From: Candidatus Nomurabacteria bacterium
GTDB lineage: Bacteria; Patescibacteriota; Minisyncoccia; Phycocordibacterales; UBA9973
Direction of reading: 5' to 3'
DNA length: 64,000 bases
NCBI GenBank assembly: GCA_026396015.1
Contig: JAPLXP010000003.1
Coordinates: 26,626 to 90,625 of the forward strand
A program made the position numbers and the translations under genes. The notes under the pieces are model-generated. The model was not told where the DNA came from. It did no database searches and saw only the letters and a list, made by a program, of their open reading frames with translations. Positions within the stretch are counted from its first letter, which is position 1. Every line of letters starts with the position of its first letter. Positions 16,023 through 25,936 of this stretch are shown in pieces.

Positions 16023-18162
16023 ACTTTATTTCTGTAGGAACTACTATTTTTGGTTTGAAGAAATCTTTGTTTGCTTCTTTGATTGAAAAGTTTAGTCTTC
16101 CCTTTTCATCTACCTTTATTATTTTTACTGGAACAGTGTCTCCTTCCTTAAGCATATCAGAAACTTTCTCTACACGGAATGGTGCGATCTCTGAGATGTG
16201 CACTAGACCTTCTGTACCAGATGCGATAGATACGAATGCTCCGAATTCCATGAGCTTGACTACAGTACCCGTAGCCTCTTCGCCTACTTTGTATTCGTGT
16301 GTCATGTCTGCGATTATCTTCTGAGCTTTTTCTGCGGCACCATTTTTACCTGTGACAAAGACTGTTCCATCTTCTTCAATTGTAATTTCTGCTCCAGTCT
16401 TTTCACGAATCATGTTTACATTTTTTCCTCCTGGGCCGATGACCATACCGATCTGATCTTTATTTATTTTTACTGTCAAAATCTTTGGAGCGTTCACAGA
16501 AATGTCTGCGCGGTTTGTAGAAATTTCTTTTGTGATTGTCTCTAGTATTTGTAGTCGAGCAGCTTTTGCACGAGTGAGTGCGTCCTTCAAAATAAATACG
16601 CTGATGCCTCCGACTTTGATATCGAGTTGGATAGCAGTGATACCATTCACAGTTCCTCCTACTTTGAAGTCCATGTCTCCGTAGTGATCCTCTGGTCCTT
16701 GGATGTCAGAGATGAGTGCGTACTTTGTGTTGTCTTTTTCATCGATCATAACCCCGATTGAAATTCCTGCTACTGGAGTCTTGATCGGTACTCCCCCATC
16801 CATCAACGCAATTGTCGATGCACAAATACTTGCTTGCGAAGTTGATCCATTTGAAGCTGTAGATTCAGATACTACACGAATAGTGTAAGGGAAAATTTCT
16901 TTTGCTGGAATAACTGGGATCAATGCTTTTTCTGCTAGGAATCCATGACCCATCTCTCGGCGATTGATACCACCTACGCGACCTGTCTCTCCTGCTGAGT
17001 ATGGAGGGAAGTTGTAGTGATGCATAAATCTTTTCTTTGCTGAAAATTCTATTCCATCGATTGTGAACATACTCTCTGGTCCAGCTAGTGTGAGCACTGA
17101 TAGTACGTGAGTCTCTCCTCGGTAGAATATTCCAGAGCCATGTAGGACTTCTGATATTCCTCCAGCCTTGGCATACAGACTACGAACTTCATCGAGCTTT
17201 CTTAGATCTGGACGCTTTGATTCTAGTAGTGCCGCATCGTGAATAACCTTGTTGATATATTCCTCGATGTAATCTTCTGCTACGAATTTTGTCTCAGGCA
17301 TGTCTGCATATTTCTCATCTACTATTCCCTTCCAGATGTGCCATGCATCATCGAGAACTTTTTTACTATTTGGTCCGAATGCACCTTCGTCTAAGATTGG
17401 TTTTATTTTTTCTGCGAATAGTTCTGATAGCTCTGCTGGAGTCTCCGGCTTTGGGAATGAAAGTTTTGTTTTACCAAATTCTGCTACGAGCATCTTTTGG
17501 AAATTTTCCCATTTTTCAATCTCGGCAACTGCACGATCAAAACCTTCACCGATTACTTCTTCAGATAGTTCGAATGCCATTGCTTCGATCATCGCGATGT
17601 TGCGATCCTTTCCACAGACCATCAGGTCGAGTGTGTATACTGGCTCGTCTGCTTGAGGGATGTAATTGTTGATTGCTATTGTAGGATCATCATTTGTCAT
17701 AGACATATGGACTGCACCGATTGGTCCGTGCCATGGGATGTCTGATGTACATAGTGCGATAGAGGCAGCATTGGTACCTAATGTCTTTGGGTCTGCCTTG
17801 CCTACTGCGATCACAGTCACGATCACTTGAACGGCATTTTTGATGTGGTGTTCAAACAATGGACGGATTGTACGGTCGATCACACGAGCGGCTAGAATCG
17901 CCTGCTCACTAGGACGGCCTTCACGACGAGTGAATTGAGATCCTAGTATTTTGCCTGCAGCGTAGAACTTTTCTAGATATTCTACTGTCAGGTTAAAGAA
18001 TCCTGGATTAGATTTACCATCACGACTGATAACTGCAGTAGCCATGACAACTGTACCCTCGCACTTGAGCATTACAGAGCCATTTGCCTGGTTTGCTAAA
18101 TCACTAAAAACCGCGACAACTTGCTTGCCGCCTATTTCTAAACTGTATTCTTTACTTTGCAT
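16021..18162 (-). CDS. pnp: Polynucleotide phosphorylase (PNPase)
   Basis: Two RNase PH domains, KH and S1 at the C-terminus. Conserved GGISEVLHGSGIFYRGETHVLSV. rpsO lies upstream on the same strand. Confidence 0.9.
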   Translation of the reverse strand: MQSKEYSLEIGGKQVVAVFSDLANQANGSVMLKCEGTVVMATAVISRDGKSNPGFFNLTVEYLEKFYAAGKILGSQFTRREGRPSEQAILAARVIDRTIRPLFEHHIKNAVQVIVTVIAVGKADPKTLGTNAASIALCTSDIPWHGPIGAVHMSMTNDDPTIAINNYIPQADEPVYTLDLMVCGKDRNIAMIEAMAFELSEEVIGEGFDRAVAEIEKWENFQKMLVAEFGKTKLSFPKPETPAELSELFAEKIKPILDEGAFGPNSKKVLDDAWHIWKGIVDEKYADMPETKFVAEDYIEEYINKVIHDAALLESKRPDLRKLDEVRSLYAKAGGISEVLHGSGIFYRGETHVLSVLTLAGPESMFTIDGIEFSAKKRFMHHYNFPPYSAGETGRVGGINRREMGHGFLAEKALIPVIPAKEIFPYTIRVVSESTASNGSTSQASICASTIALMDGGVPIKTPVAGISIGVMIDEKDNTKYALISDIQGPEDHYGDMDFKVGGTVNGITAIQLDIKVGGISVFILKDALTRAKAARLQILETITKEISTNRADISVNAPKILTVKINKDQIGMVIGPGGKNVNMIREKTGAEITIEEDGTVFVTGKNGAAEKAQKIIADMTHEYKVGEEATGTVVKLMEFGAFVSIASGTEGLVHISEIAPFRVEKVSDMLKEGDTVPVKIIKVDEKGRLNFSIKEANKDFFKPKIVVPTEIK

Positions 18163-18179
18163 ACTATTTTGTTAAGTTT

Positions 18180-18248
18180 GCCTGCAGACTCTAGCTTTGA
18201 AATGGCCATTTTGCCCTTCAACTCTAATTGTCCGGAGGCAAACTCATT
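18180..18248 (-). promoter_or_regulatory. Long stem-loop in pnp 5' leader (candidate RNase III/autoregulatory hairpin)
   Basis: gtttgcct...aggcaaac closing helix around ~50 nt, immediately 5' of the pnp start. Confidence 0.3.
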
Positions 18249-18355
18249 TAACCTATTAATACTGTAATCTTACCAGAAAATAGCCTTTTTTCAAATGAAA
18301 AATATAAATAAAATAGCCCCCGACCTACTGGTCGGGGGCTATTTTATTTAGTTAT

Positions 18356-18859
18356 TTATCTCATCAAATATTTCTGTGGGCTGGCAGATAGGTCGAGGAA
18401 GTCATCGGCGGCATCTTTTAGTTTCATAGATGCGGATTTACCGAATGAAACGACTTCTACCTGGGTACCGTATGTATTCTGTAGATATTCTACGAGCGGG
18501 ATAAAGTCCCCATCTCCAGCTACTAGCACTACTGCATCCAGACGGGGTGCCATCTTCATAGCATCTACTGCTATTCCGACATCCCAGTCTCCCTTCTTTG
18601 CTCCACCGGCAAAAATCTGAAGTTCTTTTGTTTTTGTCTCGATTCCTAGCTTGGTCAATGCGTCAAAGAAGCTCTTTTCATCGCCTGCTTCACTAGTGAT
18701 CACATATGCTGTGGCGCGGACTAATTTACGTCCTGCTACTGCGTCTTTTAATACTGCACCAAAATTAACCTTTCTTTTATAAAGGTTCTTGGCACTATGG
18801 TAGAGGTTGGCTGTATCGATAAATACACCCACTCTCTGTTCTTTGTGTTTTATTATCAT
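18356..18859 (-). CDS. NYN-domain (LabA-like, PIN-related) protein
   Basis: VGVFIDTANLY...VLVAGDGDFIPLV pattern typical of NYN/LabA nucleases. Confidence 0.65.
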   Translation of the reverse strand: MIIKHKEQRVGVFIDTANLYHSAKNLYKRKVNFGAVLKDAVAGRKLVRATAYVITSEAGDEKSFFDALTKLGIETKTKELQIFAGGAKKGDWDVGIAVDAMKMAPRLDAVVLVAGDGDFIPLVEYLQNTYGTQVEVVSFGKSASMKLKDAADDFLDLSASPQKYLMR

Positions 18860-19007
18860 TTTATTTTTATTTATACGGTGACATAATGTTATTTTTGGAA
18901 CAATAATTTTCTGCTGAAAATTATTTCAGGCTTCGGGCCGGCCGCCCTGCAGAAGTCCAAAAATAATATCATGGCACCTCTTAATACTATTACAGTATAC
19001 CAAATTA

Positions 19008-19036
19008 AAATATCTCGACTAACAGTCGAGATATTT
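19008..19036 (-). terminator. Terminator hairpin downstream of rpsO
   Basis: atctcgactaacagtcgagat stem flanked by T/A runs. Confidence 0.5.
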
Positions 19037-19039
19037 TAA

Positions 19040-19300
19040 TTATGCTTTTAATTTTTTACTAACTGTCGCATGGCGAGTCTTGTCTGTCTTTTCTAAATAC
19101 TTTAGGTGTTTTCGGCGGTCTGCAACCATCTTGATAAGTCCACGACGAGAGTGATTGTCCTTCTTGTGTGTCTTCAAGTGTGATGCTAGCTCATCAATCT
19201 TTTCAGTTATTACAGCGATCTGAACCTCTGGAGATCCAGTGTCCTTGTCGTGAAGCTGATTTTTCTTAATGATGTTTGCCTTTTTCTTCGTTGTTAACAT
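19040..19300 (-). CDS. rpsO: 30S ribosomal protein S15
   Basis: MLTTKKK...[14 protein letters not shown]...[19 protein letters not shown] matches S15. Start chosen at the internal Met; the ORF's N-terminal extension is spurious. Confidence 0.85.
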   Translation of the reverse strand: MLTTKKKANIIKKNQLHDKDTGSPEVQIAVITEKIDELASHLKTHKKDNHSRRGLIKMVADRRKHLKYLEKTDKTRHATVSKKLKA

Positions 19301-19411
19301 AATGCATATAGTATCACATATTGTTTGAAAACGCAAGCTACTTTTGAATAAGCAAAAAGTTATCCCCATACTTTACTTGACTAAAGTACTTTACTCTGAT
19401 AAAGTAGGTAT

Positions 19412-19810
19412 ATGGGCAAGGGAATGAATAAAAATACAAAAGTTGGAGATGTTGAAGAGATTTACGTCCTCTCAAAAGATTTCAATTGGAATACTAAAGA
19501 AAATCGTCAGCTTGTCGATGCGTTTATTTCTATTGATGACAAATCCAAGATGGAAGCATTCCTCCGCGATCTGATGACGGAGAGTGAAATCATCGAATTC
19601 TCAAAACGCCTAGAAGCCGCTCGCCTACTCTCCCGAGATACACAGTATCTCTCTATCACAGAGCGTACTGGCCTCTCCTCTGCTACCGTGGCACGTATTG
19701 CAAAATGGCTAAGGGGTCCACTTGGTGGATACCGTTTCGCGCTATCAAATATTGCAAATCTTTCACAGCATCATCATCCTCTCTCAAAACTTGAGAAAGG
19801 ATTGTCTTGA
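19412..19810 (+). CDS. TrpR/YerC-YecD-like DNA-binding protein
   Basis: LSITERTGLSSATVARI helix-turn-helix typical of the Trp-repressor-like YerC family. Confidence 0.5.
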   Translation: MGKGMNKNTKVGDVEEIYVLSKDFNWNTKENRQLVDAFISIDDKSKMEAFLRDLMTESEIIEFSKRLEAARLLSRDTQYLSITERTGLSSATVARIAKWLRGPLGGYRFALSNIANLSQHHHPLSKLEKGLS

Positions 19811-19955
19811 TAGTATCTATTTATATTTATCTATAAAGCTAACCTCTTCTCAAGTTTTACTTGTGAAGGGGTTTTGTCTTGTATATCTCCGAATGAATCG
19901 GAAAAACGATAAGTCTGCGAAAAGAAAAAAATTTGTTATTTAAAAATTAAATAAA

Positions 19956-20855
19956 ATGGAAAAACAAAAAATCTATGATCATTTCACAAAAGGACTTGAT
20001 CAAGAATTTCGGGGCTGGATTGGATCTGAAATCGAAACACATTTCATTGATGGGAATGGAAAACCAATCACTGTTGACTGCTCACAGCAAATCTTTAGAG
20101 TGTTGGTAGAATCTGGTTGGAAAATTTTAAAGAGAAAAAATTCCTTAATCACAGAAATTGAAAAAGGTGGGGCCAGGATTTTGTATGAATTAGGACGACA
20201 AAATATAGAAATCGCTACTCCTCCTGCCGAGCACAATTTTTTGGTTGAAGTAATCAAATTACTTTTAGCCGAACTTTATGCTGCAGCATGTCTATGTGAT
20301 GCTTATCCTTTGTTTGCGCCCATCATGGAATCTGATGAAGACTTGCTGGTGATTCCAGACGAGCGTGATGCATCATGGCTCGAGCTTGATGGTAGAGAAA
20401 ACCTTACGCCACTTTCCACAACATCTTCTGTTCAATTTACTTTGGAGACAAAGGGTCCAAATAATGCAATATCTCTATTGAATGATTTGGCAGATGTGCG
20501 CAAGCATTTACTCTTTTCTAATCCATATGTCCAAGACAAAATCTGGAGAAAATATATTCAGAATTCAAATGCTGGATATAAAAAAAGTCGTTATGGAGTG
20601 GTAAGACCAAACTCAATCGAGCATTATGTGGATTTGCTGTCAGTTCATGACGTAGTCATCAACGGCAAGCTCGTACCATTCCCAATAGCTGAGCAAGAAA
20701 ATATTGATTTGTTTTTGCGTTCGGTATGGTGGAACTTTCGTTTGCGTAGGTACAACGATCGTCTCTGTATCGAGGTGAGGACGTTTTCTAGAAGGGGTGA
20801 TGATCAGATATTCAGTGATTTGTTATTTTTTGTAATGAATCATTATTGTATTTGA
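19956..20855 (+). CDS. Hypothetical protein, possibly glutamate-cysteine ligase family 2 (carboxylate-amine ligase)-like
   Basis: IGSEIETHFID and NIEIATPP resemble the GCS2/YbdK motifs (lGvEeE...; EiATpp). Weak match. Confidence 0.3.
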   Translation: MEKQKIYDHFTKGLDQEFRGWIGSEIETHFIDGNGKPITVDCSQQIFRVLVESGWKILKRKNSLITEIEKGGARILYELGRQNIEIATPPAEHNFLVEVIKLLLAELYAAACLCDAYPLFAPIMESDEDLLVIPDERDASWLELDGRENLTPLSTTSSVQFTLETKGPNNAISLLNDLADVRKHLLFSNPYVQDKIWRKYIQNSNAGYKKSRYGVVRPNSIEHYVDLLSVHDVVINGKLVPFPIAEQENIDLFLRSVWWNFRLRRYNDRLCIEVRTFSRRGDDQIFSDLLFFVMNHYCI

Positions 20856-20926
20856 TTATTTAAACAAGTGGTGATTTTCTAAAACTAAAAAATGCGACAC
20901 AATGTGTCGCATTTTCTTTGATTTTC

Positions 20927-21610
20927 TTAATGATTTTTTCCATAAATTATATGCAGCAAGTTTTCATCTTCTGTTATGTGTTTGCCTGTAGACTCCAGTA
21001 TGTCCCTGGCAATATTCCCAAGATTTTCTGATATTGAAAATGATCTTTCATTGCAGATTAGTCCCCACTTCTCCTTAAGTTGGTAGTATTGAATTATTTT
21101 TTCAATACTACCAGACTCTTTTGATTTTAAATGTTCAGCTTCTAATAGAGACAATAATCTATCTTCTATTCTACATGTGACTATCAAAACAACTTCGATA
21201 AAAGGTGGTGAATTCAAAATATGAATATTTTCTTTTAGCCAGCCGTTTCTGTATTGCCTTTTGAATTCATCACTTCCAAATACAAATGGTTCAACGGTGG
21301 CCCTCTTGATAAAATCCATTATTTCTAGGCATCTCCCTAAATCCCAAGCATCTATTTCTTCTAACGTTGAATCACAAAGGATTAAAGATTGAAACTCTTT
21401 CAAATATTCGTGCATTTCATTCGAAAAAGTAGTGAGATCATAGTTGTAGAAATCAGCGTATTTTATCTCCTCTTTTAGCATCAAGATCAAATTGTAGAGT
21501 CCCCCGCGTATTAACACATAGCGCAGATAGAATATCTTTATTTTTTGAAGGTTAAATATGCATAGTATGAAAAATCCAACTATGCATAGTATAGCAAGTG
21601 TAGCTTTCAT
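20927..21610 (-). CDS. Hypothetical protein with N-terminal TM helix
   Basis: 227 aa. TM at ILCIVGFFILCIF. No family recognised. Confidence 0.4.
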   Translation of the reverse strand: MKATLAILCIVGFFILCIFNLQKIKIFYLRYVLIRGGLYNLILMLKEEIKYADFYNYDLTTFSNEMHEYLKEFQSLILCDSTLEEIDAWDLGRCLEIMDFIKRATVEPFVFGSDEFKRQYRNGWLKENIHILNSPPFIEVVLIVTCRIEDRLLSLLEAEHLKSKESGSIEKIIQYYQLKEKWGLICNERSFSISENLGNIARDILESTGKHITEDENLLHIIYGKNH

Positions 21611-21691
21611 TTTTTTAATTTTTTATTCATCATATATTAAAAATACAAAATATCAAATGTCATTGTGGTATAATTATTTTACGACATTAAT

Positions 21692-22609
21692 ATGACACAA
21701 CTAGAAAAATTAAAAAGAGAATTCCTCGAGCATGTAGAGATTGAAAAGGGCAATAGTCTGCTGACTGTGCGCAATTATGATCATTATATATCTCGTTTTT
21801 TTCAGGTGGCCAAAGTCTCTGACCCTACAGATATCACAGATGATGTGATACGTGAATTCAGATTGCATATAAATAGATTACCAGGCATGAAAGTTCGTGG
21901 TCAGTCTGCTGCAACATTGAAAAAGAATACACAGAACTATCATCTGATAGCGTTGCGTGCATTCCTAAAATACATGATGAAGCGCGGAGTCACATCCCTA
22001 TCCCCTGACAAGATAGAACTAGCCAAGATAAAAGAACGACATCTGGATTTGATATCTGTAGATGAGCTCGCTCGCTTGATGAATGCACCCGATATGGCTA
22101 CACCAAAGGGTCTTCGCGACAAGGCGATACTGGAATTATTCTTCTCGACTGGACTTCGTCTCTCTGAATTATGTTCACTGAATCGCGATCTGGATCTATC
22201 TAAAGATGAATTCTCTATCCGCGGAAAGGGTGAAAAGGTGCGAGTAGTATTCCTATCCCCTACAGCCAAGGAAGCCATCAAGGTATATTTGAAAAATAGA
22301 AAGGATCTTGACGAGCCACTATTCGTACAGAATTCTCGTAATCGTTCTGATTCAGGACGCCTCACTCCCCGATCTATCGAGCGTATAGTAAAATACTATG
22401 CTATCAAGGCTGGAATATCTAAAAAGGTCACTCCTCACGTGATTCGCCATAGCTTTGCTACTGACCTACTGTCCAATGGAGCAGACATCCGCTCTGTGCA
22501 GATGATGCTCGGCCATGCGAATATCGCCACTACACAGATCTATACCCATGTGACAGATAGTCAGTTGAGAGATGTTCACAAGAAATTCCACTCAAAAGGT
22601 AAAAAATAA
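21692..22609 (+). CDS. xerD: Tyrosine site-specific recombinase XerC/XerD family
   Basis: C-terminal HVIRHSFATDLLSNGADIRSVQMMLGHANIATTQIYTHV with the catalytic R..H..R..Y pattern. Confidence 0.85.
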   Translation: MTQLEKLKREFLEHVEIEKGNSLLTVRNYDHYISRFFQVAKVSDPTDITDDVIREFRLHINRLPGMKVRGQSAATLKKNTQNYHLIALRAFLKYMMKRGVTSLSPDKIELAKIKERHLDLISVDELARLMNAPDMATPKGLRDKAILELFFSTGLRLSELCSLNRDLDLSKDEFSIRGKGEKVRVVFLSPTAKEAIKVYLKNRKDLDEPLFVQNSRNRSDSGRLTPRSIERIVKYYAIKAGISKKVTPHVIRHSFATDLLSNGADIRSVQMMLGHANIATTQIYTHVTDSQLRDVHKKFHSKGKK

Positions 22610-22862
22610 CCCCCGATCTTACTCGAGGGTATTTTAAATTAAGGCGGCTTCGGTTAGTTGTTTGCTACTGCGTAGTTTCTTCGACCATCATTGTCGAAAT
22701 CTTTGTGCTTTTTGTTTTTCATCGTTTTGTTGATTAAATTACCTAATCACAAGGTGATTTTCTTGTGTTTCTACAATTCTTGTTTGTACAAGTGGCCTTG
22801 AGTTCCCATTTATGATAATGGTATCACGCTACAATTTTTTGTAAATATGATATTCTATAATA

Positions 22863-23657
22863 ATGAAAATAATTTCTTGGAATACTAATGGATTGAGGGC
22901 TACGATAAAGCAAGGCAATTTTGATCCCCTTTTCAATAAATACAAGCCAGATATCGTCTGCCTCCAAGAGACAAAGGCTGAAAAAGAGCAGCTTCCAAAT
23001 GAAGTCCAGAATTATTTTGGATATAATTCATATTTTTCACATTCACGGACTCGCAAGGGTTATAGTGGTGTAGCTATTTATACTAGGGTAAAACCAGATA
23101 AAGTAGAAGAAGGCATGGGTATAGAAGAGTTGGATCAAGAGGGTCGCCTGCTCGTACTGTACTTTGAAAAAGGACTTACGGGAATGAAGAATAAAGTAAT
23201 TCTGATAAACGGATACTATCCAAATGGTGGATCGGGTCCAGATCGTCTGGAATACAAGCTCAAATTTTATGACGCATTCCTAAAATTCATAAATAAAAAA
23301 AGAAAGCTCGGCTATGAGATTATATTTACTGGCGATGTGAATACTGCGCATACTGCTATCGACCTGGCACGACCAAAGGCAAACGAAGAGAATACAGGAT
23401 TCCTCCCTATCGAGCGTGCATGGATAGATAGTGTGATCGCGAATGACTATATAGATACATTTCGTCATCTGCACCCAGATACTCTTGATATGTATACATA
23501 CTGGGATCAAAAGACTGGTGCCCGAGCCCGCAATGTCGGCTGGCGCATCGACTATTTCTTTGTTTCTTCACCTCTTATTAAAAAAGTAAAAGATTCATAT
23601 ATGCTCACGGATTATATGGGGTCTGATCATTGTCCACTAGTATTGGAGCTGAAATAA
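22863..23657 (+). CDS. xth: Exodeoxyribonuclease III (AP endonuclease)
   Basis: MKIISWNTNGLRA...DIVCLQETK and C-terminal SDHCP. Classic ExoIII. Confidence 0.85.
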   Translation: MKIISWNTNGLRATIKQGNFDPLFNKYKPDIVCLQETKAEKEQLPNEVQNYFGYNSYFSHSRTRKGYSGVAIYTRVKPDKVEEGMGIEELDQEGRLLVLYFEKGLTGMKNKVILINGYYPNGGSGPDRLEYKLKFYDAFLKFINKKRKLGYEIIFTGDVNTAHTAIDLARPKANEENTGFLPIERAWIDSVIANDYIDTFRHLHPDTLDMYTYWDQKTGARARNVGWRIDYFFVSSPLIKKVKDSYMLTDYMGSDHCPLVLELK

Positions 23658-23689
23658 AAAAACGGAACATATTTGTTTCGTTTTTTTAT

Positions 23690-25234
23690 TTATACATTAT
23701 GCTTTTTTCTCAATTCCCCTATTTCTTCATTCTCTAATTCATCTTTGAGCTCTTTTGCTTTATCTGCTAGCTCTTTTAATGTTTCATCAGTCATATCATT
23801 TAGCTCCCGCACTCGGATATCTAGATATTCTCGAGTGTTTTTTGTTGGGTCTTCGAGGACTTCTTCCAGGAGTGCGTGGAGAATCCAACCCATTCGGCGA
23901 CCGGGTACTACGCCTAGCTCCTCGCGCATAATATTGCCATCTACTACGAGCTGTCCGACAGATATCGGATCACGTAGGCATTCCTCGATCATCGCATGAT
24001 ATTTTCTTAGTCTATATGGAGCCTCAGCCTTTTTCATCCCTACCCTGTCGCATTCACGGATCTCCATCAATTCCCAGATATGTTCGGGTCTGACATTCTG
24101 TATCACTCTGCGGACTGCAGATAGAGTAATCTGCTCTGTATCAGAGAAGAACATGTGTCTGCGAACCATATTGGATACAAATTCTATTGTATCCTTTGGA
24201 AATTTGAGTCTTTCCATTATCATCCGCGTCATCCTGGCCCCTACTACCTCATGGCCATAGAATGTAGGCTTGTTGATCCCATTTCTCTTGGTTCTCGGTT
24301 TGCCTATATCGTGGAATAGTGCAGCAAGGCGGATATTAGTAGAATATCCCTTGTCAGTAGCATGTCCGAGTGCACCTAGGCAGTGAGTGAATACATCATA
24401 GATATGTGCGCCACCCTGATCGCATCCTATACCCTCTTCTAGTTCAGGAATTATATATTTTAGTAGTCCAAGTTTTTGTAGCATCCCTACCCCTTCGACG
24501 CTTCGAGGGCTCTCGATGATCTTGATGAATTCATCACGAATTCTCTCCCCGGAAATATTCTTTAAAAGATGCGAGTTATCCACAGCCCCTGCCATAGTAT
24601 CAGAATCGATCATAAAGCCGAGCTGTGATGTGAATCGTACTGCACGTAGCATTCGTAGGCCATCCTCTTGGAATCTCAAGGACGAGGCACCTACGGCCCG
24701 TATAACACTGTCCGTTAGGTCTTGTTGTCCTTTATATAGGTCAATAACTTGTCCTTTATCTATATTGTAGGCCATAGCGTTGATTGTGAAGTCTCGTCTC
24801 TGAAGATCCTCTGATATATCTTTGCTGAACTTTACTTCATCTGGATGCCTATTATCGCTATATTTTGCTTCAGTTCTATACGGTGTGACCTCCATTATGT
24901 GGTATTCAGCCTTTATTTCTGATGGAATTGTTACATGTGTAACATCTTCTACTGTTTCTTGTGTAACTATTGTGTTAGTTTCATGTGTAACCTTTGGGAT
25001 ACATACGCCCACTGTTCCGAACTTGTTCTCGTATATAGTCTTTTCGAATAGTGGGATGATTTCCTCTGGATTGGCATTGGTTGTGATATCCCAATCCTTT
25101 ACTTCCCTGCCGATCATCAGGTCTCGTACACAACCTCCAACGAGAAATGCCTCGAAACCAGCGTTTTCGAGGGTAGATGTTACATGTGTAACATATTCAG
25201 GTATATTTGAATTGTTTATAGGTTGTAGTTTCAT
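23690..25234 (-). CDS. cca: CCA-adding enzyme / poly(A) polymerase family tRNA nucleotidyltransferase with HD domain
   Basis: Head-domain motif LVGGCVRDLMIGREVKDWDITT. HD motif HDIGK. Start placed at MKLQPINN (25234); the longer ORF would overlap tRNA-Arg. Contains an unusual inserted loop with VTHVT/VTHET repeats. Confidence 0.8.
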   Translation of the reverse strand: MKLQPINNSNIPEYVTHVTSTLENAGFEAFLVGGCVRDLMIGREVKDWDITTNANPEEIIPLFEKTIYENKFGTVGVCIPKVTHETNTIVTQETVEDVTHVTIPSEIKAEYHIMEVTPYRTEAKYSDNRHPDEVKFSKDISEDLQRRDFTINAMAYNIDKGQVIDLYKGQQDLTDSVIRAVGASSLRFQEDGLRMLRAVRFTSQLGFMIDSDTMAGAVDNSHLLKNISGERIRDEFIKIIESPRSVEGVGMLQKLGLLKYIIPELEEGIGCDQGGAHIYDVFTHCLGALGHATDKGYSTNIRLAALFHDIGKPRTKRNGINKPTFYGHEVVGARMTRMIMERLKFPKDTIEFVSNMVRRHMFFSDTEQITLSAVRRVIQNVRPEHIWELMEIRECDRVGMKKAEAPYRLRKYHAMIEECLRDPISVGQLVVDGNIMREELGVVPGRRMGWILHALLEEVLEDPTKNTREYLDIRVRELNDMTDETLKELADKAKELKDELENEEIGELRKKHNV

Positions 25235-25257
25235 ATGAAACTTATGTGCACCCGCCA

Positions 25258-25329
25258 GGATTCGAACCTGGAACAACTGCTTCGAAGGCAGGCATGATAT
25301 CCATTTCACTACGGGTGCATACGTTTATT
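25258..25329 (-). tRNA. tRNA-Arg (anticodon UCG)
   Basis: Minus-strand GCACCCGTAGTGAAATGGATATCATGCCTGCCTTCGAAGCAGTTGTTCCAGGTTCGAATCCTGGCGGGTGCA. Cloverleaf with anticodon loop CUUCGAA. Confidence 0.7.
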
Positions 25330-25452
25330 TATTTGACGACTATGGCATTATATACTAAAACGCTGTTTTAGTAAATAATGTTTAAATATAAGGGAAAAGT
25401 CTGTATTGCATTTTTTGCTGTAAAATATTATAATCTATGTGTTATTTTGTTT

Positions 25453-25523
25453 GCGGGATTAGTTTAGTGGTAGAACTACAGTTTTCCAAACTGTTGGCAG
25501 GCGTTCGATTCGCCTATCCCGCA
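25453..25523 (+). tRNA. tRNA-Gly (anticodon UCC)
   Basis: GCGGGATTAGTTTAGTGGTAGAACTACAGTTTTCCAAACTGTTGGCAGGCGTTCGATTCGCCTATCCCGCA. Anticodon stem ACAGT/ACTGT, loop UUUCCAA. Confidence 0.7.
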
Positions 25524-25539
25524 CTATAAGGGTATTTTT

Positions 25540-25657
25540 GCGGGATAAAAAGCAAACTTCTTTGCTTTTGTAGGAGAATTGAAAGACTTTTAACTGTTCG
25601 TCTCCTGACGAACCAAAAAAGTACCTGACTACGTGGTAGTGATTCGCCTATCCCGCA
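25540..25657 (+). pseudogene. tRNA-Gly gene fragment / disrupted duplicate (5' gcgggat ... 3' gattcgcctatcccgca around a ~95-nt non-tRNA insert)
   Basis: Shares the acceptor 5' 7-mer and the 3' T-arm/acceptor 17-mer with the adjacent tRNA-Gly(UCC), but lacks D and anticodon arms. Confidence 0.4.
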
Positions 25658-25936
25658 CTATATTTATTTAAATACTTTTAATGGACGTCCTTAATTTGTC
25701 CCTTTATCCCCATGTTAATCCCCTATAATATAAGTGATTATGTGGATAACTATGTGTGTATTGTTTATAAGACAGGGTTTTATTGGATAAAGTCATCTTG
25801 GTATCTGATAGGACAATATATGAAATATCATTATTTACCAAGCTATTTTAGTGAAAGACACATTGCGAAACGATTTTGATGTCTAATAAATAGGAAAACG
25901 TTTCACGTGGCACACTTTATTGGTTACACATGTAAC

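Noticed and set aside
25235-25309. N-terminal extension of the cca ORF (MKWISCLPSKQLFQVRILAGAHKFH...)
   Set aside because: It overlaps tRNA-Arg(UCG) on the same strand. An in-frame Met at 25234 gives a normal CCA-enzyme N-terminus.
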